10,851 nucleotides of DNA from assembly GCA_043228905.1 (NCBI GenBank), contig JBHGNT010001220.1:1-10851 (forward strand), given 5' to 3'. The position numbers were made by a program, and so were the translations under genes. How positions within the stretch are numbered: position 1 is the first letter of the stretch; each line of letters begins with the position of its first letter. Below, in pieces: positions 1 to 8,477 of the stretch. This DNA is from Azolla caroliniana (taxonomy: Eukaryota > Plantae > Polypodiophyta). The notes under the pieces were generated by a model, which ran no database searches, was not told where the DNA came from, and saw nothing but the letters and a program-made list of their open reading frames with translations.

Positions 1-1005
1 CCACGTTTTATCTGATTGTCTTTTCGTAGGCGCGGAACCAGAAATTGGTAGTGTTTCTTGGAAAGGTCTAGTCGAAGACTTGCAGACTTGCAGGAAGCCA
101 AAGTTTTTAGTTTTATGGTAAGGCTAAACTTTAGAAGTTTGTAGTCAAAACCGCATATCACACCAGGTCGAGCGCAGGTCTTTGTAATTGCTGTCCGCCA
201 ACGCGTTCTTACAAGAGTATAGTCTGTCTGGTTTTTATATAGACCTGAGGGTGATGTCCATGTGGATAGACGTCGGGGATGGTGTTTGTGTTTGTGTTTT
301 TGTGTTTAAGATGGTCATATCATTATCTGTACAGAACTGGATAAGTCGTTCACCACGATGATTTCTTTAACCCAGTCCGTCTCCCTACAATGTTTGTTAT
401 GTGGTTATCGTTCTTGGTGTTTCGTATTTTGACATTGAAGTCGCCCATTACAATTAGGAGGTCCTTTTGCGGTATCTTCGAAATGACTATTTTCATATTC
501 AGTTTCCACTTCATTATCTGAGTGCTTAGTTGTTGGCAGATATACCTGGACAATATGGAGTTTAACTGGTTTGGACTGTAAGGATATTCTAAGTAATCTA
601 TCGTTGATGGCCTCGTACCTCTCCACATATTTGGTGTCTTATTAACCAGAAATGCGACTCCGTTTCTTCCAGTTTCGTTTGCTTCGGATATGTAGATAAT
701 ATGGTCTGTTGTGTTGAAATGACCATTTCCTTTCCAATGTGTTTCTGAGATCCCGCATACTGATAAGTTTTCTTTGCCCCTCTTTTTCTTCAGAATGTGT
801 AATTTTCCGGTTTGGAGTAGACCTCGGACGTTCCATGTTCCTAGATGAATCAGTTTTCGGGGATTGCTGCTGCCTGGGTTGTCTGGTTGCTCACATCCTC
901 ACGCCCCGTCGTACATTTCACACTAATCGATCCGGAATCGATTGAGCGCCGGTTGCTAGTCGGATCGCAGAGCTAGTTTTTAGCTGATTGATGACTTTCT
1001 GACAT
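1..1005 (-). pseudogene. Degenerate APE (exonuclease-endonuclease-phosphatase) domain of the RTE ORF, with several stops and frameshifts
   Basis: Manual translation across frames gives, in order: LGTWNVRGLLQTGKL (from about 844), CGISETHWKGNGHF, GRNGVAFLVNK, INDRLLRISL..KPVKLHIVQVYLPT, LLIVMGDFNVKI, GERLIQFC, HHPRRLSTWTSP..LYKNQTDYTLV, RPGDICGFDYKLL. These are the ordered APE motifs. Putative ATG at 1005-1003. Confidence 0.92.
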
Positions 1006-1206
1006 GCTGTGCTCAAGGGAATATGACCAGGTGGTTTCTCATTGCCTGCCTGATCCGTATGCCATTGACTCATCTATTAAATTGAGTTGGTGCGCCTTAG
1101 GGACAAGAGGGTGCCCCTTATGTCGTTTACGCCGGTTCCGTCGTACCGAAGTCCTTCTTCTCCACCTTTCCCGCCGATCTGGTCTTCACCCCTACCCTTG
1201 GACAAG

Positions 1207-1340
1207 GGTAAAGCATTATACCTCGCGATACTCGGTCCTCAACAGAACTTGGCTAAGTTCTGGTGAGGTGGCTACCCACTCATGAAGTGAGACCCATCCA
1301 CGCGACGTGGGCGCGCCTGCTGAGAATTACCTAAGTGGAT
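1207..1340 (-). ncRNA. Candidate HDV-like ribozyme at the RTE 5' end, possibly degenerate
   Basis: Minus strand: P1 AUCCAC (1340-1335) / GUGGAU (1301-1296); P3 GCG (1314-1312) / CGC (1304-1302); L3 CCCACGU (1311-1305); GG (1295-1294) positioned for P1.1. P2 and the catalytic J4/2 cannot be assigned cleanly. Confidence 0.5.
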
Positions 1341-1579
1341 TTAGAGAAGGTATCTTTGATTTACCTTAGGTTGGGTCAATGCTGGTCCACGAACAAGAGC
1401 GTAAATAAACTACCAAATACAGTTTAAAGAAAGTCCTTGCTATCAGGTTAATATACTACTTAAGTTTCTACAAACAAGCTATTAGTAATTTAAAAGTAAA
1501 ATAAAAACGAATAGGCAGCAAAAATCATCATAAGTTCATAAGATGTCGCTGTATAAAATCTCGTAAATATACGTATGGT

Positions 1580-1740
1580 TTACCAACCTATATTTCCTAA
1601 AAATTTGCATATTTCCACACAAGTATGGAAGATATCATTCCCAGTGTTTGCAACAGTGTTCCGACAAATCAAGTCTGTGTCACCCTTTAATCGGAATTTG
1701 TAAGATTTGGCGTGATCCATTAGTAATTTTCTACCGCTAA
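1580..1740 (-). pseudogene. Possible remnant of a non-LTR retrotransposon ORF2 C-terminus (CCHC knuckle region)
   Basis: KLLMDH..SYKFRLK..D..C......T..DIF..C...ICKFL..IGW* loosely follows the LLTGH...C..C....T..HI...C...FL..G pattern that ends I/R1-group ORF2s. Key residues are missing. Confidence 0.25.
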
Positions 1741-3049
1741 CAGTCTCATTATACGTTTGGAAAAACAAAATTTTAAAGAAAATTGATATTTAAATGCACA
1801 TTTAAATTTACCAGTAAACAGAAAAAAAAATTATAATATGAATTATTTTATTAAAATGGTGGGTTGTGGAAAAATTTGAATAATAAATTAATTTTATTAA
1901 TTTAATAATATCTGAAGAATGAATATTAGAATGAAAACTTCACATTTTTATCAACGTTCACATGTAATAAAACACATGGGTAATTTGGACCATTGCTTTA
2001 TCATCTCGTTTTTTCCATTATTTACCGTAAAATTCCAAAATCTAAATTTTTGATAATTTAAGTTTTTAACTTATTTTTCAAAGTATTGTATCACTTATGA
2101 CTTATTATTATTAAAAGTCATTGTCGCATAAAAGGTTTACCTTTAAAATTCTATTTGAAAATTTAAATTATCATTTTACTCTTCGATAAAGCAAAACGTC
2201 ATTTTTTTATGTTAAAGCTTTAAAAATCCAAGTATCGTCTTAAAACATACAATTAATTAATATTAATAATCACCCATATTTAAAGTATGGTTAAGTTTAA
2301 AAATAATTAACGAGCATTTTCCATTCATTTGTTGGAGCATTTAAAACTATCGTGTAATCTCAAGTACTACATTAGATGTAAGATAAGTAATTTAGGCTGA
2401 ATAAAATTTAAAAGGAACCGCATTACTAAGAATTTACTGTTTTACAAGAGTATTGATATTGGTTTTTGTTAAAAGGTGGCGGGAAAAGGAATATCTAAAT
2501 ATTTTAATATACTTTACTGAATGTTTTCTTAACATTTTATGTTTGGCAATTAAAAACCGACATTAGAAAGTGGTCGGTAGTAATAGGAATTAATTTTATA
2601 ATAATATTGGCTTTAACTTGATGAAAATCCATTATAATTATTTAAATGAATAACATAATGACTTTAGATTTTTACAAACATTAATTTAATATTAATATTA
2701 ATATTCGAAATAAAATTTTTAAGAAAACAATACATATTTTTAACACTTTTACATTTAATATAAACATTATATTAAAATTGTTAATATCTTAAATATTGTT
2801 CATCAAAATTTGGAAATTGTTTAACACTTAAGTATGAACTAAAATTTGTATGGTGAGATATAATCTGGATTAATTAGCGGGAAAGTTTAAATGGAGTGGC
2901 AGTAGCAAAAGAAACCATAATGAGAACATTAATTTAATGAAGTTTAATTAACGAACATAGTTTTGGGGGTTGTGGGTTTATTAAAAGCAGTTTAAAGTGT
3001 TCTGAACGACTAATAGAAGATTTTTTAAAATTTAATAATTAAAAATATT

Positions 3050-3902
3050 TCACCAAGCAATTAAAATTTATTTTTGGTTAAAGAATGACAATTAAGGCTA
3101 TGCTGATTCTGTTCTATTCTTCAAGAATACAAATACTTGCTTACGAGGAATGTAAATCAAGTTTGACTTGAAAATTTCTTTAGGTAAAAATCAGGAACTG
3201 TTGCGGAAATGCAAAGAATTCCACTTGTATTCAGTTTGGCAGAGCTTTTAAAAAAATATATTTGCCATGAGATATTTTGACCAAGCGGAAGGTACCATTT
3301 GCATGGAAGATCTTAACGATGTATTGGTAAATATTACGCCGGAGGTATTAACAAATATAGAGCAAGATACTGCCTCTACAGTTGTAACGTCACATACTTA
3401 TGTCCATTGATCGTTTTCACGAACGACTATATGAATCTAAAATCCCCTGAAGGAAATGCACTGTTAGATAACATTTTCCTACAAGATTGTAGGAAAATGT
3501 TTGCTCCAACATTTATGTGACACCTGTAAACACTTTAATGAGATGGATGTATTAGATCCTAGGACAATGTTTTGTAGACATAAGGCTTATAGTCATGAAA
3601 AAACTGAATTTGGAGGTCTAACTGTGCAAAAAAATAAAAAATATTGTGAATTTTGTTGTTCATTTAGAAAATATTTTTATCAGCAAATTTAACGACTTGG
3701 CCTATCAAACTAATATTGAAAAACGAGTTTTCTGAAATGGATTTTTTCTCATTATTGCAGCGATTTTCCATTTAAATGTTTTATTTCTCTTTACTGTAGG
3801 GTACGTATATATTTTAGCCTTAAATTTGTTAATCAGGACCTTAAACAAAGTAGATACAATAAGACAAAAATAAGTAAAGCTTAGCACTTACAACATTTAT
3901 AA
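3050..3902 (+). pseudogene. P-element superfamily (THAP9-like) transposase, decayed C-terminal portion
   Basis: Across frameshifts: TKQLKFIFG*RMTIKAML; EYKYLLTRNVNQV*LENFF/GKIRNCCGNAKNSTCIQFGRAFKK (matches YLLTRxxNQDxLENFFxxIR...NPT..QF..AFK with the catalytic Glu); PEGNAL; KCLLQHLCDTC; FCRHKAY...FGGL; CSDFP...LYCRVRIYFSLKFVN...LQHL* (stop at 3900-3902). Confidence 0.85.
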
Positions 3903-4130
3903 TAAATCTAATATTTAAAAGTAGATTTGATGTTTTAAATATTAGATTTATTATAAATGTTGTAAGTATATTTGATGTTCATTTTGCAGAATTAATTCTT
4001 GTGAAACAAGATACACACTTTTGGTAAAATTGTTTATTTTTGTTTAGGGTATTTTAACGTTTGCAAATTTAAAGCAATTAAATTAAAATAAAATTTATTT
4101 TGGGAGATTTTCATGACCGAAAATGTTGGT

Positions 4131-4222
4131 GTTTATCTCAGTATATCGCTACAATTATAAAGTTTAAACAAAACAAAAACTAGATGAACTATAGAAATGT
4201 AATCGATAATACTCTTACCCTA
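4131..4222 (+). repeat. 92-bp dispersed repeat, copy A (probable DNA-transposon terminus)
   Basis: Aligns without gaps to 6876-6967 with 8 mismatches by hand count (about 91% identity). Both copies end at ...ATACTCTTACCCTA. Confidence 0.9.
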
Positions 4223-4250
4223 CATTTTCGGAGTCAGATTTTAGATTTAG

Positions 4251-4313
4251 TGATTTTAAAGTATCAAAAGGATTCTTGATTCCTATAATCCACATTTTGA
4301 TACTTTAAAGTCA
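4251..4313. repeat. Inverted repeat / 63-nt hairpin
   Basis: TGATTTTAAAGTATCAAAA (4251-4269) pairs with TTTTGATACTTTAAAGTCA (4295-4313): 18 Watson-Crick pairs plus one G-U on the + strand. Inner stem GGATT/AATCC (4270-4274 / 4287-4291). Confidence 0.85.
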
Positions 4314-4526
4314 ATCAAACTTAGAAATTCCAAATTATTGTTAAATTACCAAATCTATTAGAATAATTTTCCCTTGTTAAACCTTTTTTTTTGTATTAAA
4401 AATGTTTTAACATAATTAGATGCTCCTTTTTTAAAATTCAACTTAAAAGTTAAATTGCTTGTAGTATATATTACACAGGTTTAAAAATATTTGTTAGTAT
4501 AATTTAGGAACTTTGGTTAATCTTGA

Positions 4527-4570
4527 CACTTGATAACGATTAGAGATATTTTACTAATCGAAACGTCGTG
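4527..4570 (+). ncRNA. Candidate minimal type I hammerhead ribozyme of Penelope pLTR type (U3-A8 variant)
   Basis: Stem I CAC (4527-4529) / GUG (4568-4570); core UUGAUAA (4530-4536); extra C; stem II GAUUAG (4538-4543) / CUAAUC (4554-4559); GAA (4560-4562); palindromic stem III ACGU (4563-4566); cleavage-site C at 4567; AATAAA at 4584-4589. Confidence 0.55.
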
Positions 4571-4632
4571 AAAAAACTTAGTTAATAAAGGCAATGTCAG
4601 TTTTTATCAATAAAATCCTCGTTGTTTTCAAG

Positions 4633-4861
4633 ATCTACCTCGATGGAAGCGACGAAATACAAGCCAACAACGAAACAGCTGTAAAATACTTTAAAAAAGC
4701 TTCTGAACTAAACAACCCCGTTGGCCTGAGCGATCTTGGTTTGATGGTCATGTACGGCAGAGGCGTGGAAAAAGACTACTCCAAGGCTTACCAGTATTTC
4801 TTGGCTGCCGCAGATCAAGGCTGGGTTGACGGTCAATTGCAGCTGGGAAATATTTATTTGG
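4633..4861 (+). CDS. SEL1L: Internal exon of protein sel-1 homolog (SEL1L/Hrd3, ERAD adaptor), Sel1-like repeats
   Basis: Encodes IYLDGSDEIQANNETAVKYFKKASELNNPVGLSDLGLMVMYGRGVEKDYSKAYQYFLAAADQGWVDGQLQLGNIYL, with the SEL1L-diagnostic NETA..YFKKA...NPVG.S.LG...YGRGV and QGWVDGQLQLG. Acceptor gttttcaag at 4624-4632 (phase 0); donor G/gtcagt at 4862 (phase 1); 229 bp, open throughout. Confidence 0.93.
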
Positions 4862-5153
4862 GTCAGTAAATAGATAGAAATATACCAAACTTTCGCTCCA
4901 CACTGTATTTTAGGGCGCTGATAATTCGTTGAAATAGTAAAATTTGTCGGAATATGAGTTAATCCGCGCAGCTTCTTATTGAGCAATCTCGTGCAAATTT
5001 TGATATAAATGGGCTGCTCTAATACTAACTAGTACTAACAGCGAGTCTATTGTTGCATAGTTCAGCTACATAAGAAGTCCTTAACTATAATTAAGAGCTG
5101 AAATATTTAATAATAAACCTATATAATATTGAGAATAGTATTTTAAATACATA

Positions 5154-5680
5154 CTACTGTGGTCAAAAAGAAAGGTGAAATTACCATTTCTACCTACCGA
5201 ACATTAGGAAGGCAGTTTTTTTTTCCTACGTTGCGTTGGTATAACTGTATAAGTTTTGCCGAGCGTCTCTTTGTCAAAAAGTTTAATTATCTCCGGGTTA
5301 CACGTGTTTTTGTAAACAACCAAAATAGATTTTTTTTATTTTTACAATGAGTGATTTTTTTTGAGTAAAGAACATTTTTTTTGCGAAACGAGTATTCTTG
5401 TGCGGACACGTTAACAATGTTGCGAAAGGTGACAATATTAACGAAACAAAAAAAGTGTATAAGTGGTGACAGTTCAAAGCGGGCCACGTACGCGTTAAAA
5501 GAATAAGTAAAGAATTTAAAAGTTCAATGTGAGGACACCGTTTTAATAGATTAAGGAGACATAAACCGAATCGAAGATAGTCTTGAAGGATAAACCTAAT
5601 AAACATATTATTTCGACTGTTTTGAGGACTGGAAAAAACTTTAGAAAAGTGCTTTTTATTGGACGGGGGATACTTTAAAG
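5154..5680 (+). mobile_element. Mariner element, internally deleted, 3' end interrupted by a hAT insertion
   Basis: TA (5152-5153) followed by TIR-like CTACTGTGGTCAAAAAGAAAGGTGAA. ATG at 5347 starts MSDFFE*R..FFLRNEYSCADTLTMLRK..GDNI...VYKW..FKAG (mariner N-terminal HTH), which jumps at about 5500 to C-terminal motifs GHRF..I.E..TESK..LK...DCFEDWKK...GGYF. The catalytic core is missing. Confidence 0.85.
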
Positions 5681-6863
5681 CGGGCATGTGCAACTTTTTG
5701 AATTGGCAGGTCACTCACTAGTATTAGGAACCATTTCGCGGGCCACATTCCAAAAAAAAATGTTTTGATACTATCACTGTACTATTAATAAAAAACAATG
5801 TTTATGACAAAGTAATAAATATAGTGTTTTTTTAATCAACATATATGTGAAAGAGTAAAAGGACTATAGATTATTTAACTAATTTATTTTTTTAGCGACT
5901 ATTACGTTAGTAATAAGGCCTAAAATCTACTAAATTTTGGCGACTGCGGGTGTTTACTATTCTATTAAAACTCACTGCTATATCGGAAGTCGCAATACGC
6001 ATACTGTTGTCCAAGTGTTTATCTGTGATTCTAGTTCTGCTTTTAGATTTCAACAAATTTAATTTGGAGAATAATTGCTCACAATAATAAGTACTGCGAA
6101 ATTGTGCTATTATTTTTTTAAGAAACCTAGAAAGGTTTGAAAATACCTGTTTTGGAAAATATCTTGATAAAATTCTACCAGTTTTACATCCTAAAAAGTG
6201 TCTTTTAAACCTGTGTTCTCCTGTAGTTCAATCAACTCCATCTGAAAAAATAGGGGCACTTTTCCACATCAACAGAAAATGGAGAGCAACATATATCAAG
6301 GTTAAATTCTTGTTTTCAAAAACTTTTAATCTTTTAGAAAACTGTGAAATTAACTTTTGTAATTCTTCCGCAAATGATTTAAAATCCACAGCACTATAAG
6401 TAGCAAGGATTGGAAAATGATAGAGATTTTTGTTTAACATTCAATTTCCCCACAGTTAAAGCTTATTTTGAAAATATTTCTTAAATCCATATAATTTATT
6501 AACCAACTGTCCTTTAGTTTGCAAACGGATATTTAAAGCAATAAGGTGTGTGGTTACAGCAACAAAAAAGTCAAATCAAGAAACCACTTTTTCATATTTT
6601 AATTCAAAAATTATTTTTCCTTTATTTTGTACAAACAAATAAATTTCCTCTCTCAGATCGTAAAACCGCTTTAACATTTTACCCTTACTTAGCGATCGGA
6701 CTTTACAATAAAATAACTAAATCTTTACTTTTAGAGTCTAATTGCTCTAAAAACTCTTTAAATTGGAGGTGGATTAATCCTCTTGATTTAATAACATTGA
6801 TGCACAATACAACCGTATTCATAACAGGAGTGCAACTTAAGTGATTTAGCTCATAAATAGTTT
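5681..6863 (-). mobile_element. hAT transposon (SPIN/Buster type, GTF2IRD2/EPM2AIP1-like transposase), decayed 3' half with one terminus
   Basis: Minus-strand fragments: AKSL...VMNTVVLCINVIKSRGLIHLQFKEFL, VRSLSKGKMLKRFYDLREEI.LF..KG, LNIRLQ.KGQL, HFP.L, PFSVDV...FQMELIELQ, FRSTYYCEQLFSKLNLLKSKSRTRITDKHLDNSMRIATS (hAT dimerisation domain, ending near 5965). Terminus CGGGCATGTGCAACTTTTT with a subterminal GCGGGCCACA, flanked by CTTTAAAG (NNNTANNN, the Buster-type target). Confidence 0.88.
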
Positions 6864-6875
6864 TTGTTTTATTTA

Positions 6876-6967
6876 GTTTATCTGAGTATATTGCTACAAT
6901 TAAAAAGTTAAAACAAAACAAAATCTAGATAAATTATAGAAATATAATCGATAATACTCTTACCCTA
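6876..6967 (+). repeat. 92-bp dispersed repeat, copy B
   Basis: Direct repeat of 4131-4222 (8 mismatches in 92). Lies next to the point where the hAT transposase is truncated. Confidence 0.9.
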
Positions 6968-7794
6968 TCTCCCCCTACGCGGGTTGGTCCCATTTTTCAC
7001 CTACCTCCACTGTTTTTTTTTGCCAAGCGCGCAACCCTTGTAAAATGGCAAACTCCCAACAAATCGAAAGCGAGTTATTAAGAGTTTAAAAAATTCCTAA
7101 CAAATATAACCCGAAAATTGCGCCGTAAAACTTATCCAGTGATTCAACATACATTTTTGAAAATAATAAAAAAGTGGTCACTTCCTGATTTACATCAAGA
7201 CGGTTTGCCTGGCTTAACACTGTCTGGTCCCTGCTTAGAAGAAAACAGGTACCTAATTTTACAAATTAATAAAAAAAAATGTACAAGTATTAAAAAAAAA
7301 GACACTTTACAAAAAAACGAAATAAAGTAGGAAAACAAAGTATTTTGTGCAAATATTCTTTAAAAGTATCTTAAAAAATTAAGCTTTAATATCTTGATAA
7401 ACTAAACTATGTAAACGGTGACTAAATATCATTCCAAAGCAGATTTTATATAAGTAATTCGGTATTTTCCATAAATTTTATATCCAGTATATCCAATATA
7501 TTTAAATTCATAAGGAAGAACCCTCAGATAATTATTATAACTATAAAAAATCGTGTAACAGTCCCAGCACCCAATATTTTAGAGTATAAAAGCAGGATAA
7601 ATTGGCAACTCCAAAAGTTCGTACGTGACCTGGGCGAAAAACACGCGAAACTAGAAAGCGAGTAACATTTTTATTTTATCGATTTTAAATTGATGTATAT
7701 TTTGTGTGTTATCAAGCGAATTTTAATTTTTCAACATGAAGTTTGTTTTTTTTTTGTTCAAATTCTATTCATCTTGAATTTAAAATCTGGTTTA

Positions 7795-8335
7795 ATGGCT
7801 TGTACGTCAAAAACAAAACACAACACAAATTATTGTGTCTATGTGCCATGTGATAAAACAAAAAGACAGACACATTCATTTTCCAAGAAAAACAGTGGCA
7901 TTATAGTTAAAATCATTAATTCATTTGGTGCTGAAAAACGTATTGACAAGAGAAAAGCTTGGGAAAGGGGTTTTTTAATGGGAAAACCAGTTACAGATAG
8001 CATGCATATTTGTTCTATTAAATTTTAAGAAAAAAGATTACTGTCAAGAGGTTATTATTTACTTTATTTTTATTTTTGCACCAGCACTACATATTAAAAA
8101 AAAATGCATTATGGATGATATTTATAATGTTTATTTATTTGTTTTAGGAGTGCAAATGAAAGAGCCTAAATTAAAGAGACATGCTTTACCTTTGCTAAAC
8201 CTACCAGAAAAGAGTTTTTTCAAAACGGATTATAAGGGAAAGGACGACCGCGGGAAAAGTTTAAGGAAAAGAAAGAAAGCTGGGAACGATACTAAAGAGG
8301 GTCACAGTCATCCACTAGTTGATTTTTCATTGTGA
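7795..8335 (+). pseudogene. THAP-domain N-terminus of the ISL2EU transposase (two exons, DDE core absent)
   Basis: ATG at 7795: YCVYVPC...NSFGAEKRIDKRKAW...GKPV..SMHICS.(H)F.K.DY, then a probable intron at about 8051-8147 (ttttag acceptor), then GVQMKEPKLKRHALPLLNLP, equivalent to the THAP AVPS box. Frameshift near 8020. Confidence 0.75.
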
Positions 8336-8477
8336 CAAGCCTAAGACTGAACTCGAGAAACAAGGAACGCCTTACAAACTAAAAGAAAGTAATTTTAACT
8401 GAATTAAATAAACCAAATGTACACATACAGTAATCATTATAATATAATAAATATAATTTACTTTTTTGCTCCGCAAA

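Larger units (their letters stand above)
1..1340 (-). mobile_element. RTE-clade (BovB-like) non-LTR retrotransposon, 5' part (structured 5' UTR plus endonuclease domain); runs off the left edge of the window
   Basis: GC-richer block that gives way to AT-rich DNA beyond about 1340-1400. A hairpin-rich leader is followed directly by an apurinic-endonuclease coding region with no gag-like ORF1, the typical RTE layout. The leader motif GGCAATGAGAAACCAC...CCTTGAGCACAGCATG (1046-1003) resembles the RTE/BovB pre-ORF motif as I recall it. Confidence 0.88.

Noticed and set aside
283-308. Short (TGTTTG)n-like tandem run
   Set aside because: About four imperfect units inside the dead RTE ORF; ordinary slippage.
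350-1285. ORF-track entries 350-628, 405-626, 642-836, 739-945 and 1004-1285 as independent genes
   Set aside because: They are frameshifted pieces, alternative frames or antisense shadows of the RTE endonuclease and leader.
1580-1768. 62-aa ORF as a FLYWCH zinc-finger exon
   Set aside because: SGRKLLM resembles the start of a FLYWCH domain, but the W-x-C and H-x-H residues are absent.
1912-1945. CTGAAGA...GAAA as a second hammerhead
   Set aside because: No convincing stem II or stem III can be formed around the core.
4594-4869. 91-aa ORF as a stand-alone bacterial-type Sel1-repeat gene
   Set aside because: Similarity to SEL1L starts and stops at splice signals (4633, 4861); the ATG-proximal residues are intronic.
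5479-5488. GCGGGCCACG as a second hAT subterminal motif
   Set aside because: It lies inside the mariner coding remnant (FKAGH) and is best read as coincidence.
5159-5714. ORFs 5159-5350, 5287-5487 and 5298-5714
   Set aside because: They overlap the mariner relic in non-coding or antisense frames and show no recognisable domain.
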